The translations under genes were made by a program, and so were the position numbers. The notes below the pieces were generated by a model. The model was not told where the DNA came from. It saw nothing but the letters and a program-made list of their open reading frames with translations, and made no database searches. From the IMG/VR virus record IMGVR_UViG_3300032225_000982, positions 1 to 59,789 of that record: a DNA stretch of 59,789 bases; one strand, written 5' to 3'. Below, piece after piece: positions 33,809 to 47,776 of this stretch; the first letter of the stretch is position 1, and every line of letters starts with the position of its first letter. The stretch is from a virus. Its lineage: Duplodnaviria; Caudoviricetes.

Positions 33809-33936
33809 GGTGGGTGGCCGGAGAAGGATTTTATGATTTTTTCGGCAAGCATGTGGATGAATGGCGATGGGAATCCGTCGCTGAATTTCGCCAGCGCCAT
33901 GTTACCTTGGCGCTGAAGAAAATAGGAATGGGTTGA
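33631..33936 (+). CDS. gpT-like -1 frameshift extension of the tail chaperone
   Basis: The -1 frame is open from the slippery site to TGA 33936, which abuts the tape measure ATG. Confidence 0.6.
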   Translation, partial: YLRLCHVPEDRDRPRSGEDAFVGSVDHIIELYGIRRIIADIDNGRDFGDADDHLVSAALGWVAGEGFYDFFGKHVDEWRWESVAEFRQRHVTLALKKIGMG

Positions 33937-35784
33937 ATGGCGGTCAAAAGCATCATTGATGTCGATGTGAACGACGACGCCTTCAAGGCGTTCATGGATT
34001 TGTTCGCCAAGTATCAGGCAGCCCTAAAAAAGCTGCCGGGCGCTTGGAACAGCGTGGAACAATCCTCCGAAAAGACCGGCAATATCGTCGAAACGATGGC
34101 CGAGTCTTTGAACAAGACCGTTGACATCATCGGAAAACAACTTGAAGCGCAGCAAAAAATGCGGCGCGAAGTTGAAAAGACCGACCGCACAATGATCAGC
34201 CTTGGCCGCAGCACGGCGCGCGTTGCTGGGGCTGTCAAAGACACTACTTTGTCTTTGTTGAAATGGAGTTCTATTGGCTTCGGTTTTCTGACCGCTGGCT
34301 CTTTCTTCGGCCTCGGTTCTTTAGCGCGGGCATCCAGCCAAACACGCTCTCAGGCAATGGGCGTAGGTATTACGCCTGCTCAATTGCAAGCGGCAAACCT
34401 TACCTACGAACGCTATGGCAATATGGAGCCAATTCTCTCGTCTATCGCGCAAATGCAAACTGATGAAGCTCAAAGATACCGGTTTGAAGCTCTTGGAATT
34501 GATAGACCCGAAACCCTAAGCCCTTTTGAAATTTTGCCACGGTTGTTGGAAGGTATGGGTAGGGAATATGGCGAGTTAATGAGGACTGGCGGAACCTCGC
34601 TGGCTCCCAGCACGTTAGGAACCACTGATTTTGGTTTCTCGCCAAATATGCTTCGCATGCTCGCCCAAACATATCAAAGCGGTGAGTTGCGTGATCTGAA
34701 TGCGGGCCTTTCTGAACGCGCGCGGACCATTGGTGGAAACCCTGACAGCGGAAGAACTTGGGCAAACTTCCTTGCCGATATCGGAACCGCTGGAGCGCGT
34801 TTTCAAACGACTTTGATTGATATCCTGAAGCCGCTTGCAGACCCAATTAAAAACGTGGTTGATGCCTTCGGCGAACTCGTGCGCTCCGGTTTAACAAGTC
34901 AAACATTCCAAGACGGCATCCGGGAATTTGCAACTTGGATCAGTGCGTTAGGAGAGACGTTAAAAGCTCCCGAGACAAGAACGGCTCTTTCCAAATTCTA
35001 CGACGACCTTAGAAACCTTGCCGACCGCTTGAAATCGGCAGGTGAGTCCGTGCTTTCGTTCGTTGAAGCTATGGGAAGTGTGGTTGCATGGATTAGGCGC
35101 CAATTTTCGTTCACTCGCCCAGATGTTCCCGCACCCGGCAATGCAATGGGAGATTATGAGCCTTTTCAACGAATGTCTTACACGCCCGGCAATTATAACA
35201 CGTTCATCGACCAAATGACGCGAGCCGAAAGCGGTGGCAGAGATGACGCTCGCAACCCGCGCTCATCAGCTAGTGGGCGGCATCAATTCATCGACGAAAC
35301 GTGGCTCAGCGTAGCAAGACGGTTTGGTGGTTCGCGCATTGCCGGAATGTCTGACGAGCAAATTCTTGCGTTACGCTCTGACGCCGATTTTTCACGTCAA
35401 ATGGCGATGTCACATACTCAATTTGATATTGCCCCGGAGCTACTGCGATCCGGAGTGGACCCAACCAATCTTGCGCTTTACGCTGGTTGGCGTTTTGGTG
35501 GGCGAGGCGGTGCGGCAGTTATGCAAGCGGGTAATGACACACCTCTCAGTCAAATCCTCAGCGCAAAAGCAATTGCAGCTAACCCGCATTTGCAAAATTT
35601 AACGGCGGGTCAATGGCGCAACAGATACTTGGGTCAATTCCCCGGCGGAGGCGAAGGGCAGCCCGGAAGGCAAGTGCTCTCCGTTCAGCCTGGGCAGGCG
35701 GTTCATGTGGTCATTAACGACAACACGGGCGGTAACATCGTCAACACGTCGGCCTCGCTCGGCGCTCCGGGGTATTACGCATGA
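33937..35784 (+). CDS. Tape measure protein with C-terminal lytic transglycosylase domain
   Basis: Helical N-terminus, hydrophobic segment, and AESGG..ARNPRSSASGRHQFIDETW. Confidence 0.8.
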   Translation: MAVKSIIDVDVNDDAFKAFMDLFAKYQAALKKLPGAWNSVEQSSEKTGNIVETMAESLNKTVDIIGKQLEAQQKMRREVEKTDRTMISLGRSTARVAGAVKDTTLSLLKWSSIGFGFLTAGSFFGLGSLARASSQTRSQAMGVGITPAQLQAANLTYERYGNMEPILSSIAQMQTDEAQRYRFEALGIDRPETLSPFEILPRLLEGMGREYGELMRTGGTSLAPSTLGTTDFGFSPNMLRMLAQTYQSGELRDLNAGLSERARTIGGNPDSGRTWANFLADIGTAGARFQTTLIDILKPLADPIKNVVDAFGELVRSGLTSQTFQDGIREFATWISALGETLKAPETRTALSKFYDDLRNLADRLKSAGESVLSFVEAMGSVVAWIRRQFSFTRPDVPAPGNAMGDYEPFQRMSYTPGNYNTFIDQMTRAESGGRDDARNPRSSASGRHQFIDETWLSVARRFGGSRIAGMSDEQILALRSDADFSRQMAMSHTQFDIAPELLRSGVDPTNLALYAGWRFGGRGGAAVMQAGNDTPLSQILSAKAIAANPHLQNLTAGQWRNRYLGQFPGGGEGQPGRQVLSVQPGQAVHVVINDNTGGNIVNTSASLGAPGYYA

Positions 35785-36488
35785 GCATTCTTGCTGGCAT
35801 TGGCCGGTCCATTTATCAGATCGGCTTTCAGCTTACGCCGATTATCCTCGTGCAAGGTATTGCCAAAAGCTTTCCCGGCCAAATGATGCCCATCATTATT
35901 TTGACGGAAGGCCCGAACCTGCTTGTGACCGTTTTGTCCGGTAAAAGCCCGTTCAACCCTGACAGGTTTTTTGCGCACTTCTCCCCGGTCCCGGGCGGCA
36001 AGCTAGCCAATTTCGTGATTGGCCAATACCCTTTCGCCAACCAGTCGGTAGCGGCCAACGCGATCATCAGCGAGCCGCTCACCATTTCAATGCGGATGTC
36101 TATTCCGGTTAACAAGTCGGGCGGGCATACGGCGAAGCTGGCCACGATGGTGCTGCTCCAATCCAAGCTCAAGGATCACGCAAACTTAGGCGGAACCTAC
36201 ATCGTCGCAACTCCGGCGGGATTCTATTCCAATTGCATCTTAACGGGCCTCACGGATGTCAGCACCGGCGAAAGCCCAATTCCACAAAACGCATGGCAGT
36301 GGGATTTCGTGCAGCCCCTTATCACACTACGAGAAGCCGAAGCCGCGCAAAACACGTTCATGGCCAACACGACGAACCAGCTGCCGTCCGACGGTGCGTT
36401 GAGCGGAAATTCCGGCGGCGTTCCGTCCACAAACGTCCCAGGCTCTCAAGGCACCAATTTGCCGCCCGGCGTGCAAGGACCGAACTAA
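35781..36488 (+). CDS. Baseplate tube-initiator (Dit-like) protein
   Basis: Follows the tape measure gene; YPFANQ.VAANA.I..P and WQWDF.QP. Confidence 0.62.
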   Translation: MSILAGIGRSIYQIGFQLTPIILVQGIAKSFPGQMMPIIILTEGPNLLVTVLSGKSPFNPDRFFAHFSPVPGGKLANFVIGQYPFANQSVAANAIISEPLTISMRMSIPVNKSGGHTAKLATMVLLQSKLKDHANLGGTYIVATPAGFYSNCILTGLTDVSTGESPIPQNAWQWDFVQPLITLREAEAAQNTFMANTTNQLPSDGALSGNSGGVPSTNVPGSQGTNLPPGVQGPN

Positions 36489-36979
36489 TGACCACCTTCA
36501 CCGAATTCACGCCGTCCAACACGGAAGTTTTCACCTTCCAACCCACCCTAGACGACGAACCGTATGTCATCGCCGTTCCGTGGTCTCTTTTCGGTCAGCG
36601 GTATTATGTGACGTGCAGAACGCTCGGCGGCAATCTTGTGTTCTCGCTTCCGCTTATCGGCTCTCCCGCTGGCATCAACGTGCAGGGCGCAATCTGGGAG
36701 CCAAACAACGCCACGATTACCGCTGCAATCCCGCACGGGTTCAGAGTGGGTTCGATCATCAACCTCACTCTTTCGGGCATGGCGCCGGATACCTATAACG
36801 GCACCTTCGCTTGCAAGATCATTAATAGCACGCAATTCACGTTCCCACTGAATTCCTTTCCCGGGGAAGTCTCCACGCTCGGATCGGTGCAATACAACAT
36901 CAACCTTGCAGCGGGTTATTTCACGGCATCGACGCTCATTTATCGTCCGCAGAACAGGATGTTTGAGGTGACGCCGTGA
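36488..36979 (+). CDS. Baseplate protein with an inserted PHG-type beta domain
   Basis: FTFQPTLD, W.LFGQRYY and INLAAGYF; insert ATITAAIPHGFRVG...YNGTF. Confidence 0.62.
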   Translation: MTTFTEFTPSNTEVFTFQPTLDDEPYVIAVPWSLFGQRYYVTCRTLGGNLVFSLPLIGSPAGINVQGAIWEPNNATITAAIPHGFRVGSIINLTLSGMAPDTYNGTFACKIINSTQFTFPLNSFPGEVSTLGSVQYNINLAAGYFTASTLIYRPQNRMFEVTP

Positions 36980-38025
36980 GGTTCTATGACATTACCATCA
37001 CGGACCCCACGAACGCAGACAAAAAGCAAATATACACAAGCTGGTTCAACGGTAAAAATGACCCCGGCGCGCTCAATTTGATTCTTGACGCTCCGGTCAC
37101 GACGTTCTCTCGCCCCCTTGGCGCGACAATGTTGGAACTGTGGGGCATTCCGATCCAAACTATCAGCAACGCCAATAACTTGAACAACAAGCTCATCTCC
37201 GTTCAAGCTGGGTTCAAGCCCGGTTTGCCGCTGGCCACGCAAGCCTCGGAGAAGCAATCCGGGCCGATCATCAACGGGTATATTTTGCAGGCTTTCGGAA
37301 ACTGGATTGGCACCAACATGACCCTGAATTTGGTCGTCGTTCCTGGCACTCCGCGTCAGCAAACGCAAACGGCTACGACTGCGGGGCAGCAACCGGCGGC
37401 TGCGACAAACACCACAAGACCTCCGCTAGGCTCCCCGACGGCTCCGGTTGATTTTCATTTTAACATGCCTGTTGGTATGAGCTTGCGAGTGGCCGTAGAA
37501 AACACGCTTACTACTGCGCTGCCTAATTTCACGCGGCAAATTCGCATCAGCACCCTTCTATCCCCGGGGCCTCGCAATTTTGTGTCGCGGTCTCTCTCTG
37601 AATTTGCTCAAACAATCAAAACTCTTTCAAAACAACTCAACTCTGATGTTGAATATCCTGGCGTTGACATAACCCTCACTCCGAACAACAGCATTCTTGT
37701 GTCTGACGGAACGGAAGAGGTTAAACGCATTGACATTTCATACCTGGATTTGATTGGGCAGCCTACCTGGATTGAGCCGCTAAAAATTCAATTCAAATGC
37801 CCTATGCGCGCAGATTTGCAAGTCGGGTATAACATTACGCTACCCAAGGGACGGTTCTATGGCATTCAGCCAAGTGACCCAAACTTGCCAAGAGATTATC
37901 GGTTTCAATCGGCGCAGCAAGGCACGTTCAGGATCATAGAACTTCGGCACGTCGGAAATTTCCGGCAACCCGATGCGAATTCCTGGGTCACGGTTGTGAC
38001 TTGCGCATTCAGACGGCAGGTGTAG
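36976..38025 (+). CDS. Baseplate hub protein
   Basis: RFYDITI, DLIGQPTW and RHVGNFR.PD...W.T; position before the spike gene. Confidence 0.68.
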   Translation: MRFYDITITDPTNADKKQIYTSWFNGKNDPGALNLILDAPVTTFSRPLGATMLELWGIPIQTISNANNLNNKLISVQAGFKPGLPLATQASEKQSGPIINGYILQAFGNWIGTNMTLNLVVVPGTPRQQTQTATTAGQQPAAATNTTRPPLGSPTAPVDFHFNMPVGMSLRVAVENTLTTALPNFTRQIRISTLLSPGPRNFVSRSLSEFAQTIKTLSKQLNSDVEYPGVDITLTPNNSILVSDGTEEVKRIDISYLDLIGQPTWIEPLKIQFKCPMRADLQVGYNITLPKGRFYGIQPSDPNLPRDYRFQSAQQGTFRIIELRHVGNFRQPDANSWVTVVTCAFRRQV

Positions 38026-38028
38026 TCC

Positions 38029-38625
38029 ATGGCCAGCAACTCACAAACCACGCCGTTTGCTCGCGGCATCGTCAATTACACCCGCACCGAAATTGACGCA
38101 CAAATCCAGCAGCTTGGGCAGGCGCTGCCGGTTTCGGTGGTGGCGGTGAACAAGGGCATGGTGACGGTCAATTTTGAACTTAACGGCCCGATCACCTTTC
38201 CGCAGATTGAAGTGCCGCAGGCGATTTCGCGCTACGCTCGCCCGCCGACGCAGGTGGGCGACAAGGGCTTTGTAATATCCGCTGACGCTTATCTCGACGG
38301 CATGACGGGACTTGGCACTGGCACGGCGACCTATAACCAGCCCCCGCCCAACCTTTCGGCCTTGGTATTCTTTCCGCTTGCAAATACGTCCTTCCCAACG
38401 GTGGACGCAAACGCCTATAATATCACAGGGCCAAACGGTTGCGTCATCAAGGACGACAGCGGCGCAAGCGTGATAACTCTGACTCCATCGTCCATCACTC
38501 TTTCCTGCGGGGGGCACTCAATCGTGATTGATAGCGGCGGGGTGAAGATTGATGGAAAGGTATTCTTGACCCATAAACACAGCGGCGTCGCAGTCGGCTC
38601 CGGCAACACGGGCAACGTCGTCTGA
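38029..38625 (+). CDS. Baseplate central spike (gpV/gp138-like)
   Basis: P.QVGDKG OB-fold region and C-terminal HKHSGV metal-binding tip. Confidence 0.8.
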   Translation: MASNSQTTPFARGIVNYTRTEIDAQIQQLGQALPVSVVAVNKGMVTVNFELNGPITFPQIEVPQAISRYARPPTQVGDKGFVISADAYLDGMTGLGTGTATYNQPPPNLSALVFFPLANTSFPTVDANAYNITGPNGCVIKDDSGASVITLTPSSITLSCGGHSIVIDSGGVKIDGKVFLTHKHSGVAVGSGNTGNVV

Positions 38626-38960
38626 TGCGGGTTTATGGGCGCGATCCGAAAACCAACCAATGGATGGAGGTGCAAACCTCCGCCGACGAGCAAAACGATT
38701 ATGTGTATGTGACGGCGCTGGTGCAGTGCCTGAAACTGAGCATCAACGAAAGCCCCTTCTGGGGCAACTGGGGAATTCCGGCGCAGCAAAGCGTGTTGCA
38801 GCAGATATTCCCCGACTTCTATGTCGCGCTGATGCAGCAGCGGTTCTCGCCATATTTCGCCGCTCTGCAAATCACCAAAGTGCAATCCACCACGCCGACG
38901 TATAATGTCAGTGTGACGAACAATCAGGGTGTCAAAATGGCTATGAGTGTGCCGGTATGA
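38625..38960 (+). CDS. Baseplate wedge / sheath initiator
   Basis: LKL..NESPFW..WGIP; upstream of baseplate J. Confidence 0.62.
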   Translation: MRVYGRDPKTNQWMEVQTSADEQNDYVYVTALVQCLKLSINESPFWGNWGIPAQQSVLQQIFPDFYVALMQQRFSPYFAALQITKVQSTTPTYNVSVTNNQGVKMAMSVPV

Positions 38961-40378
38961 GCGGAACTATCCCCATCGTTCTTGGCCCGGCTGGGATGAT
39001 TCCTGCCGTCCCAGCGGAGGTGCATGCCCAGCTTATCGCCAACGTCGTGGCGACCAACCCCGGCTACACCGCAAACCTTCCTGGCACGCTGATCGAAGAC
39101 ATCAGCAGCACGGACGTGGCGGCGATCCTGCTTTGCAATTCGGCCTTGGTCGAACTGGTGAATTCCGTTACGCCATACGGCGCCAACCAATTCATCTTGA
39201 ACCAGCTTGGCCAAATTTATGGCGTGCAGCAGGGACAGGCCACCAACACCTCCGTCTATGTGGTGTTCACCGGCACGCCCGGCTTCATCATCCCGATTGG
39301 CTTCGTGGTTTCGGACGGCACATATCAATACGCCGTGCAGGATGGCGGCATCATCGGTGCGGGCGGCGTAACTCCGTCGCTCTACTGCCTCGCCACCACG
39401 GCGGGTTCTTGGGCGGTTCCGGCCAATACCGTGACGGCGCTGGCAAGCTCGGTTCCCTCGACGATCACTTTGAGCGTCACCAACCCCCTGCCGGGCACGC
39501 CTAGCGCGGGCGCGCAGTCGGTGGAGAGCTATCGCGCTCAAGTGCTGCAAGCCGGTCTAGCGGCATCGCAGGGCATGCCGCGCTATCTCAAAACCCTGCT
39601 GGCCAACGTCCCAGGCGTGCAACCCCGGCTTATTTCCATTGTGTCAAGCGGCTCGTCCTGGGAAATCATCGTGGGCGGCGGCGACCCGTATCAGGTGGCA
39701 TACGCCATCTACACGGCGCTTTTCGACATCAGCAACCTTGTGGGTTCCACGATGTCAATTTCAGCAATTTCGGCTACGTCTCCCGCCGTGATAACAACCG
39801 ACCTCAACCACGGACTGACAACCGGCGACACCACTACAATTAGTGGGGTGACTGGCACTGGTGGAATAGCGGGCATTAACCAAACGTTTAGTGTGACGCG
39901 AATCAGCAACACTACTTTTAGCGTGGTGTTCAATGCTACCGGGACCACATACACGGGCGGCGGCGTTCTAACTCCGAACGCGCGCAATCAGGTTATCACG
40001 ATCAACGACTACCCGAACACCTATTCCATCCCGTTCGTGGTGCCTCCCGCGCAATCGGTGGCGGTCTCGTTGACGTGGAACACGAATTCTCCGAACAGCG
40101 TTTCGGCTTCGTCTATGGCTGCGCTGGGCGCGACGGCGCTGGTGAATTACATCAACAGCATCGCGGTAGGCGCCCCGATGAATCTGTTTGAATTGCAAAA
40201 CGCCTACCAGCTTGCGACCGCCAGCATTTTGCCGACCGCCTTCCTCACTCGCATGGTGTTCGCAGTCACCATCGACGGTGTGCTGACAAATCCGGATGCG
40301 GGCACGGGCATCATCGCGGGCGATCCCGAAAGCTATTTCCTGACCAACGTCACCGCCATCAGCATCGTGCAGGGGTGA
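38957..40378 (+). CDS. Baseplate J-like wedge protein
   Basis: L..LG..YG, FTGTPG..IP.G, VTNP..G..G...S.ESYR and NVPGV. Confidence 0.82.
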   Translation: MSGTIPIVLGPAGMIPAVPAEVHAQLIANVVATNPGYTANLPGTLIEDISSTDVAAILLCNSALVELVNSVTPYGANQFILNQLGQIYGVQQGQATNTSVYVVFTGTPGFIIPIGFVVSDGTYQYAVQDGGIIGAGGVTPSLYCLATTAGSWAVPANTVTALASSVPSTITLSVTNPLPGTPSAGAQSVESYRAQVLQAGLAASQGMPRYLKTLLANVPGVQPRLISIVSSGSSWEIIVGGGDPYQVAYAIYTALFDISNLVGSTMSISAISATSPAVITTDLNHGLTTGDTTTISGVTGTGGIAGINQTFSVTRISNTTFSVVFNATGTTYTGGGVLTPNARNQVITINDYPNTYSIPFVVPPAQSVAVSLTWNTNSPNSVSASSMAALGATALVNYINSIAVGAPMNLFELQNAYQLATASILPTAFLTRMVFAVTIDGVLTNPDAGTGIIAGDPESYFLTNVTAISIVQG

Positions 40379-40382
40379 CGCC

Positions 40383-41087
40383 ATGACCACGTTGCAGAAA
40401 ACCATTCCGTCATATCTCTACACGCAATACGCGGACGATGACGATCTGCAAGCCTTCGTGGCGTCCTACAACCAAATCACGCAAAGCTACGTCAACACCT
40501 TCAACCAGCTTGATCTGCCGGTCTACACCAAACTTTCCGGCGCGCTGCTCGACTGGGTGGGGCGCGGCGTTTACGGCTATCCTCGCCCAACAATTCCGGC
40601 AGTTGCGGCAAGCGTGATTGGCCCGGTCAACACCTACGGTCCCGATTTCTTCGTTCCGCTGAACACGCAGGAATCAACCGCAGCCTCAAACTACAACACC
40701 ACCGACGACATTTATAAGCGGCTGCTGACGTGGCACTTTTATAAGGGCGACGGGAAAGTTTTCAACATATCCTGGCTTAAGCGCCGGATTGTTCGTTTCC
40801 TATATGGCGCGGACGGAATTTCTCCGGTCATAACCCAAACCTACGACATTGGCGTGACGTTCTCGGCTGGCAACAACGTGAACATCACCATGCCCGCTTC
40901 GCCGCAAGCTGACATTCTCATCGCCGCCATCGCAAGCGGGGCGGCGGAGACGCCATTTCAATACACGTCTAATTTTACGACATACGATCCCGGGACGACG
41001 GTGGACTGGGAAAACACCAGCAACGCCATCGTTGACTGGGAAAACACAAGCACGGCTCTCGTGACTTGGAACAACAATCCGATTTGA
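40383..41087 (+). CDS. Baseplate wedge protein (DUF2612-like)
   Basis: GALLDWVGRGVYG.PR and TDDIYKRLL; follows baseplate J. Confidence 0.68.
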   Translation: MTTLQKTIPSYLYTQYADDDDLQAFVASYNQITQSYVNTFNQLDLPVYTKLSGALLDWVGRGVYGYPRPTIPAVAASVIGPVNTYGPDFFVPLNTQESTAASNYNTTDDIYKRLLTWHFYKGDGKVFNISWLKRRIVRFLYGADGISPVITQTYDIGVTFSAGNNVNITMPASPQADILIAAIASGAAETPFQYTSNFTTYDPGTTVDWENTSNAIVDWENTSTALVTWNNNPI

Positions 41088-41096
41088 GGTGCATCA

Positions 41097-45563
<4,467 letters not shown>

Positions 45564-45577
45564 TCCAAGAGGACAAA

Positions 45578-45727
45578 ATGGACGACAAGCAAATCACGCT
45601 CACCTTCACCGTCGGGCAGGTTAACCAACTTCTGGCGCTGCTGGGCGAACTGCCGTTTTACAAATCGGCTGACGCCATCGCCGCTATCAAGGCGCAGGGC
45701 AACCAGCAACTGGCCGCGCCTGAATGA
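45578..45727 (+). CDS. 49-aa fibre-associated protein (not in the ORF track)
   Basis: GAGGA RBS; MDDKQITLTFTVGQVNQLLALLGELPFYKSADAIAAIKAQG; ATGA overlap. Confidence 0.7.
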   Translation: MDDKQITLTFTVGQVNQLLALLGELPFYKSADAIAAIKAQGNQQLAAPE

Positions 45728-46122
45728 TCGTTTCGGATAACAGGCTGCTTAGCATCGTTCCGCCCTGGCAGCCTAGGTATGTCTGGCCGGTTTCGGAGCC
45801 TGATGACAGCCTGGATTATTCGCTGGACATCTCCGCCGTCCTGGCCGACGCGGAGGACACGGTGGATTATGCCACCGCTTCCGTCGCGCCGTCGGGGGCA
45901 GGGGAACTGATGGCGGAGAGAATCACCTACGCCAATGACGTAGTGGCGGTTTGGCTGGCGAACGGTGCGGTGGGACGGCTATATAGCGTCAACGTCAAGG
46001 TGTTCTGCGTATCGGGGCGTGAATTCTCGTTCTTTATCGACCTGCCAATCAGCTATAACACTCTTGTCGTTCCGCCCGGCCCGCCGCCATCGCCATATTA
46101 TAGCACTCCCATTTCGACCTGA
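45724..46122 (+). CDS. Fibre-tail adaptor-like Ig-fold protein
   Basis: P.D.LDYSLD, SVAPSG.GEL and G..GRLY.V; paralog of both halves of 47777-48697. Confidence 0.6.
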   Translation: MIVSDNRLLSIVPPWQPRYVWPVSEPDDSLDYSLDISAVLADAEDTVDYATASVAPSGAGELMAERITYANDVVAVWLANGAVGRLYSVNVKVFCVSGREFSFFIDLPISYNTLVVPPGPPPSPYYSTPIST

Positions 46123-46133
46123 GAGGTTTACCG

Positions 46134-46526
46134 ATGTCGCAATCCTATCCCAATGACCAGAGCAACCCGGCGGGTGCAATTCCGGTGTGGATTGCGCCCG
46201 GCAATGACGGCGCTGGCTACACGCCCATCGTCGCGCCCGTCACTACCATCACTACGGGTGGCACGGCGGTCACGGTGCTGACCGGCCCGATTTCGGGCGG
46301 CACGATTTCAAATCCGTTGACGGCGGCTGGGCAGGGCATCGGCGCCGCCGAAAACCTCTACATCAGCTTTGTCGGCACGCCCGGCTCGACCGACGCGGCA
46401 GCCGTCGGCGGCACGCTCACGCTGGTTCCTGGGGCGTCTTACTCGCTCCCGGCGCTGGCAAGCGGCGTCACGCTCAAAGCGAATGCCGCGACCTCCGCGC
46501 ATCGCTTCACCGCATTTTCGTGGTGA
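46134..46526 (+). CDS. Small beta-rich virion protein
   Basis: GAGG RBS; Ala/Gly/Thr-rich. Confidence 0.6.
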   Translation: MSQSYPNDQSNPAGAIPVWIAPGNDGAGYTPIVAPVTTITTGGTAVTVLTGPISGGTISNPLTAAGQGIGAAENLYISFVGTPGSTDAAAVGGTLTLVPGASYSLPALASGVTLKANAATSAHRFTAFSW

Positions 46527-46532
46527 GTCGCC

Positions 46533-46787
46533 ATGCCGCTTGAAAAAGGCAAGAGCCAAGAGACCATTTCGCGCAACATCAAGCGCGAGATGGAAGCCGG
46601 GAAGCCACAAAAACAAGCGGTAGCCATCGCGCTGCGCACCGCTGGCGCACCGAAACCCGATGCCATCCATTCCTATATGGATTCCGTTCGCATGGGGAAC
46701 CCTTGCTGGGCGGGCTATCAGGCATTCGGCACCAAAGAAAAAGATGGCAAAACCGTTCCCAACTGCGTTCCGACGAGGCCGAAATGA
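46533..46787 (+). CDS. Small basic two-module protein
   Basis: MPL.KG.S..TIS.NI..E...GKPQKQAVAIAL plus PCW.GY...G.K.K.GK.VPNCVP. Confidence 0.7.
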   Translation: MPLEKGKSQETISRNIKREMEAGKPQKQAVAIALRTAGAPKPDAIHSYMDSVRMGNPCWAGYQAFGTKEKDGKTVPNCVPTRPK

Positions 46788-47776
46788 GCCAACTTCTCTG
46801 GGCGAATAACGCCTCCTCCGTCACGGTAGGCGCCATCGCCTACAACGCCAGCACGGTCACGCTTTCCGCCGGAACGGGCGCGGAATTCCCGGTGCCAAAT
46901 GCGGGCTATCAGTATTTCCTGGCGACGCTTTCGCCCGCGACGCCGGGCGCGCAAGTGCCTGAGATTGTCAGGGTGACGGCGGTCTCCGGCGACACGTTCA
47001 CGATTGTGCGCGGCCAGGAAGGCACGCCCGCGCAGGCTTGGGCTTCCGGCTCTATCATTCAAAACCTGATCACCAAAGGCACGCTCAATGCCCTATCTCA
47101 AATGGTTGTGTATGCAGGCAACCCAAATGGCAACGTGGCTGGCGCAGCTTCTGCTGCTGGGCTGCCTCCTTCTATGGTTTGGGATAGCAGCAACAATCTT
47201 GTCTGGATTTGCACAGGTTCAGGCAATGCTGCAACGGCGTCCTGGGCTGCTCAAGCCCCGCTAAACAGCCCAGCATTTACCGGCACCCCCACGGCGGTTA
47301 CGCAAACGCTGTCCGACAACTCGACGCGGTTGTCCACCACGGCTTTCGTGCAGGGCATCGCCGCGACCAAGGCCAATCTGGCAGGCTCTGCCGGGCAGCT
47401 ATTCAGCGTGGCTTCAGCCGTCTCCAACGCCAATGCGGTAAATCTCGGGCAATTCCCGGCCACGCTCATTTCCACTCCGGGCAGCGCCACGCTTCCAAGC
47501 GGTCTCATCATTAAGTGGGGCGTCAGCAACATTGTGTATAGCCCTAACATTGTGAGTTTTAATACGCCATTTCCTAACGCATGCTTTCAAGTGATCGTTT
47601 GCGAAGGCGCTGCAAACAATGCAACTTGGGGGCCAGCGGGGCGTCCCACTATCCACGGAGTTTCCGCCAGAAACCCGGGCAACTACACGGGTTGGGCTTT
47701 ATATTGGAATGGGTCTGAATGGAAAGATGATAGCCCAACCGGCATCACTCAGAGCTACATCGCCGTTGGTTGGTAA
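46784..47776 (+). CDS. Tail fibre protein (gp53-like C-terminus)
   Basis: EIVRVTA..GD..TI.RGQEGT, APLNSPAFTGTPTA, LPSGLIIKWG, F.TPFPNAC and YIAVGW. Confidence 0.8.
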   Translation: MSQLLWANNASSVTVGAIAYNASTVTLSAGTGAEFPVPNAGYQYFLATLSPATPGAQVPEIVRVTAVSGDTFTIVRGQEGTPAQAWASGSIIQNLITKGTLNALSQMVVYAGNPNGNVAGAASAAGLPPSMVWDSSNNLVWICTGSGNAATASWAAQAPLNSPAFTGTPTAVTQTLSDNSTRLSTTAFVQGIAATKANLAGSAGQLFSVASAVSNANAVNLGQFPATLISTPGSATLPSGLIIKWGVSNIVYSPNIVSFNTPFPNACFQVIVCEGAANNATWGPAGRPTIHGVSARNPGNYTGWALYWNGSEWKDDSPTGITQSYIAVGW

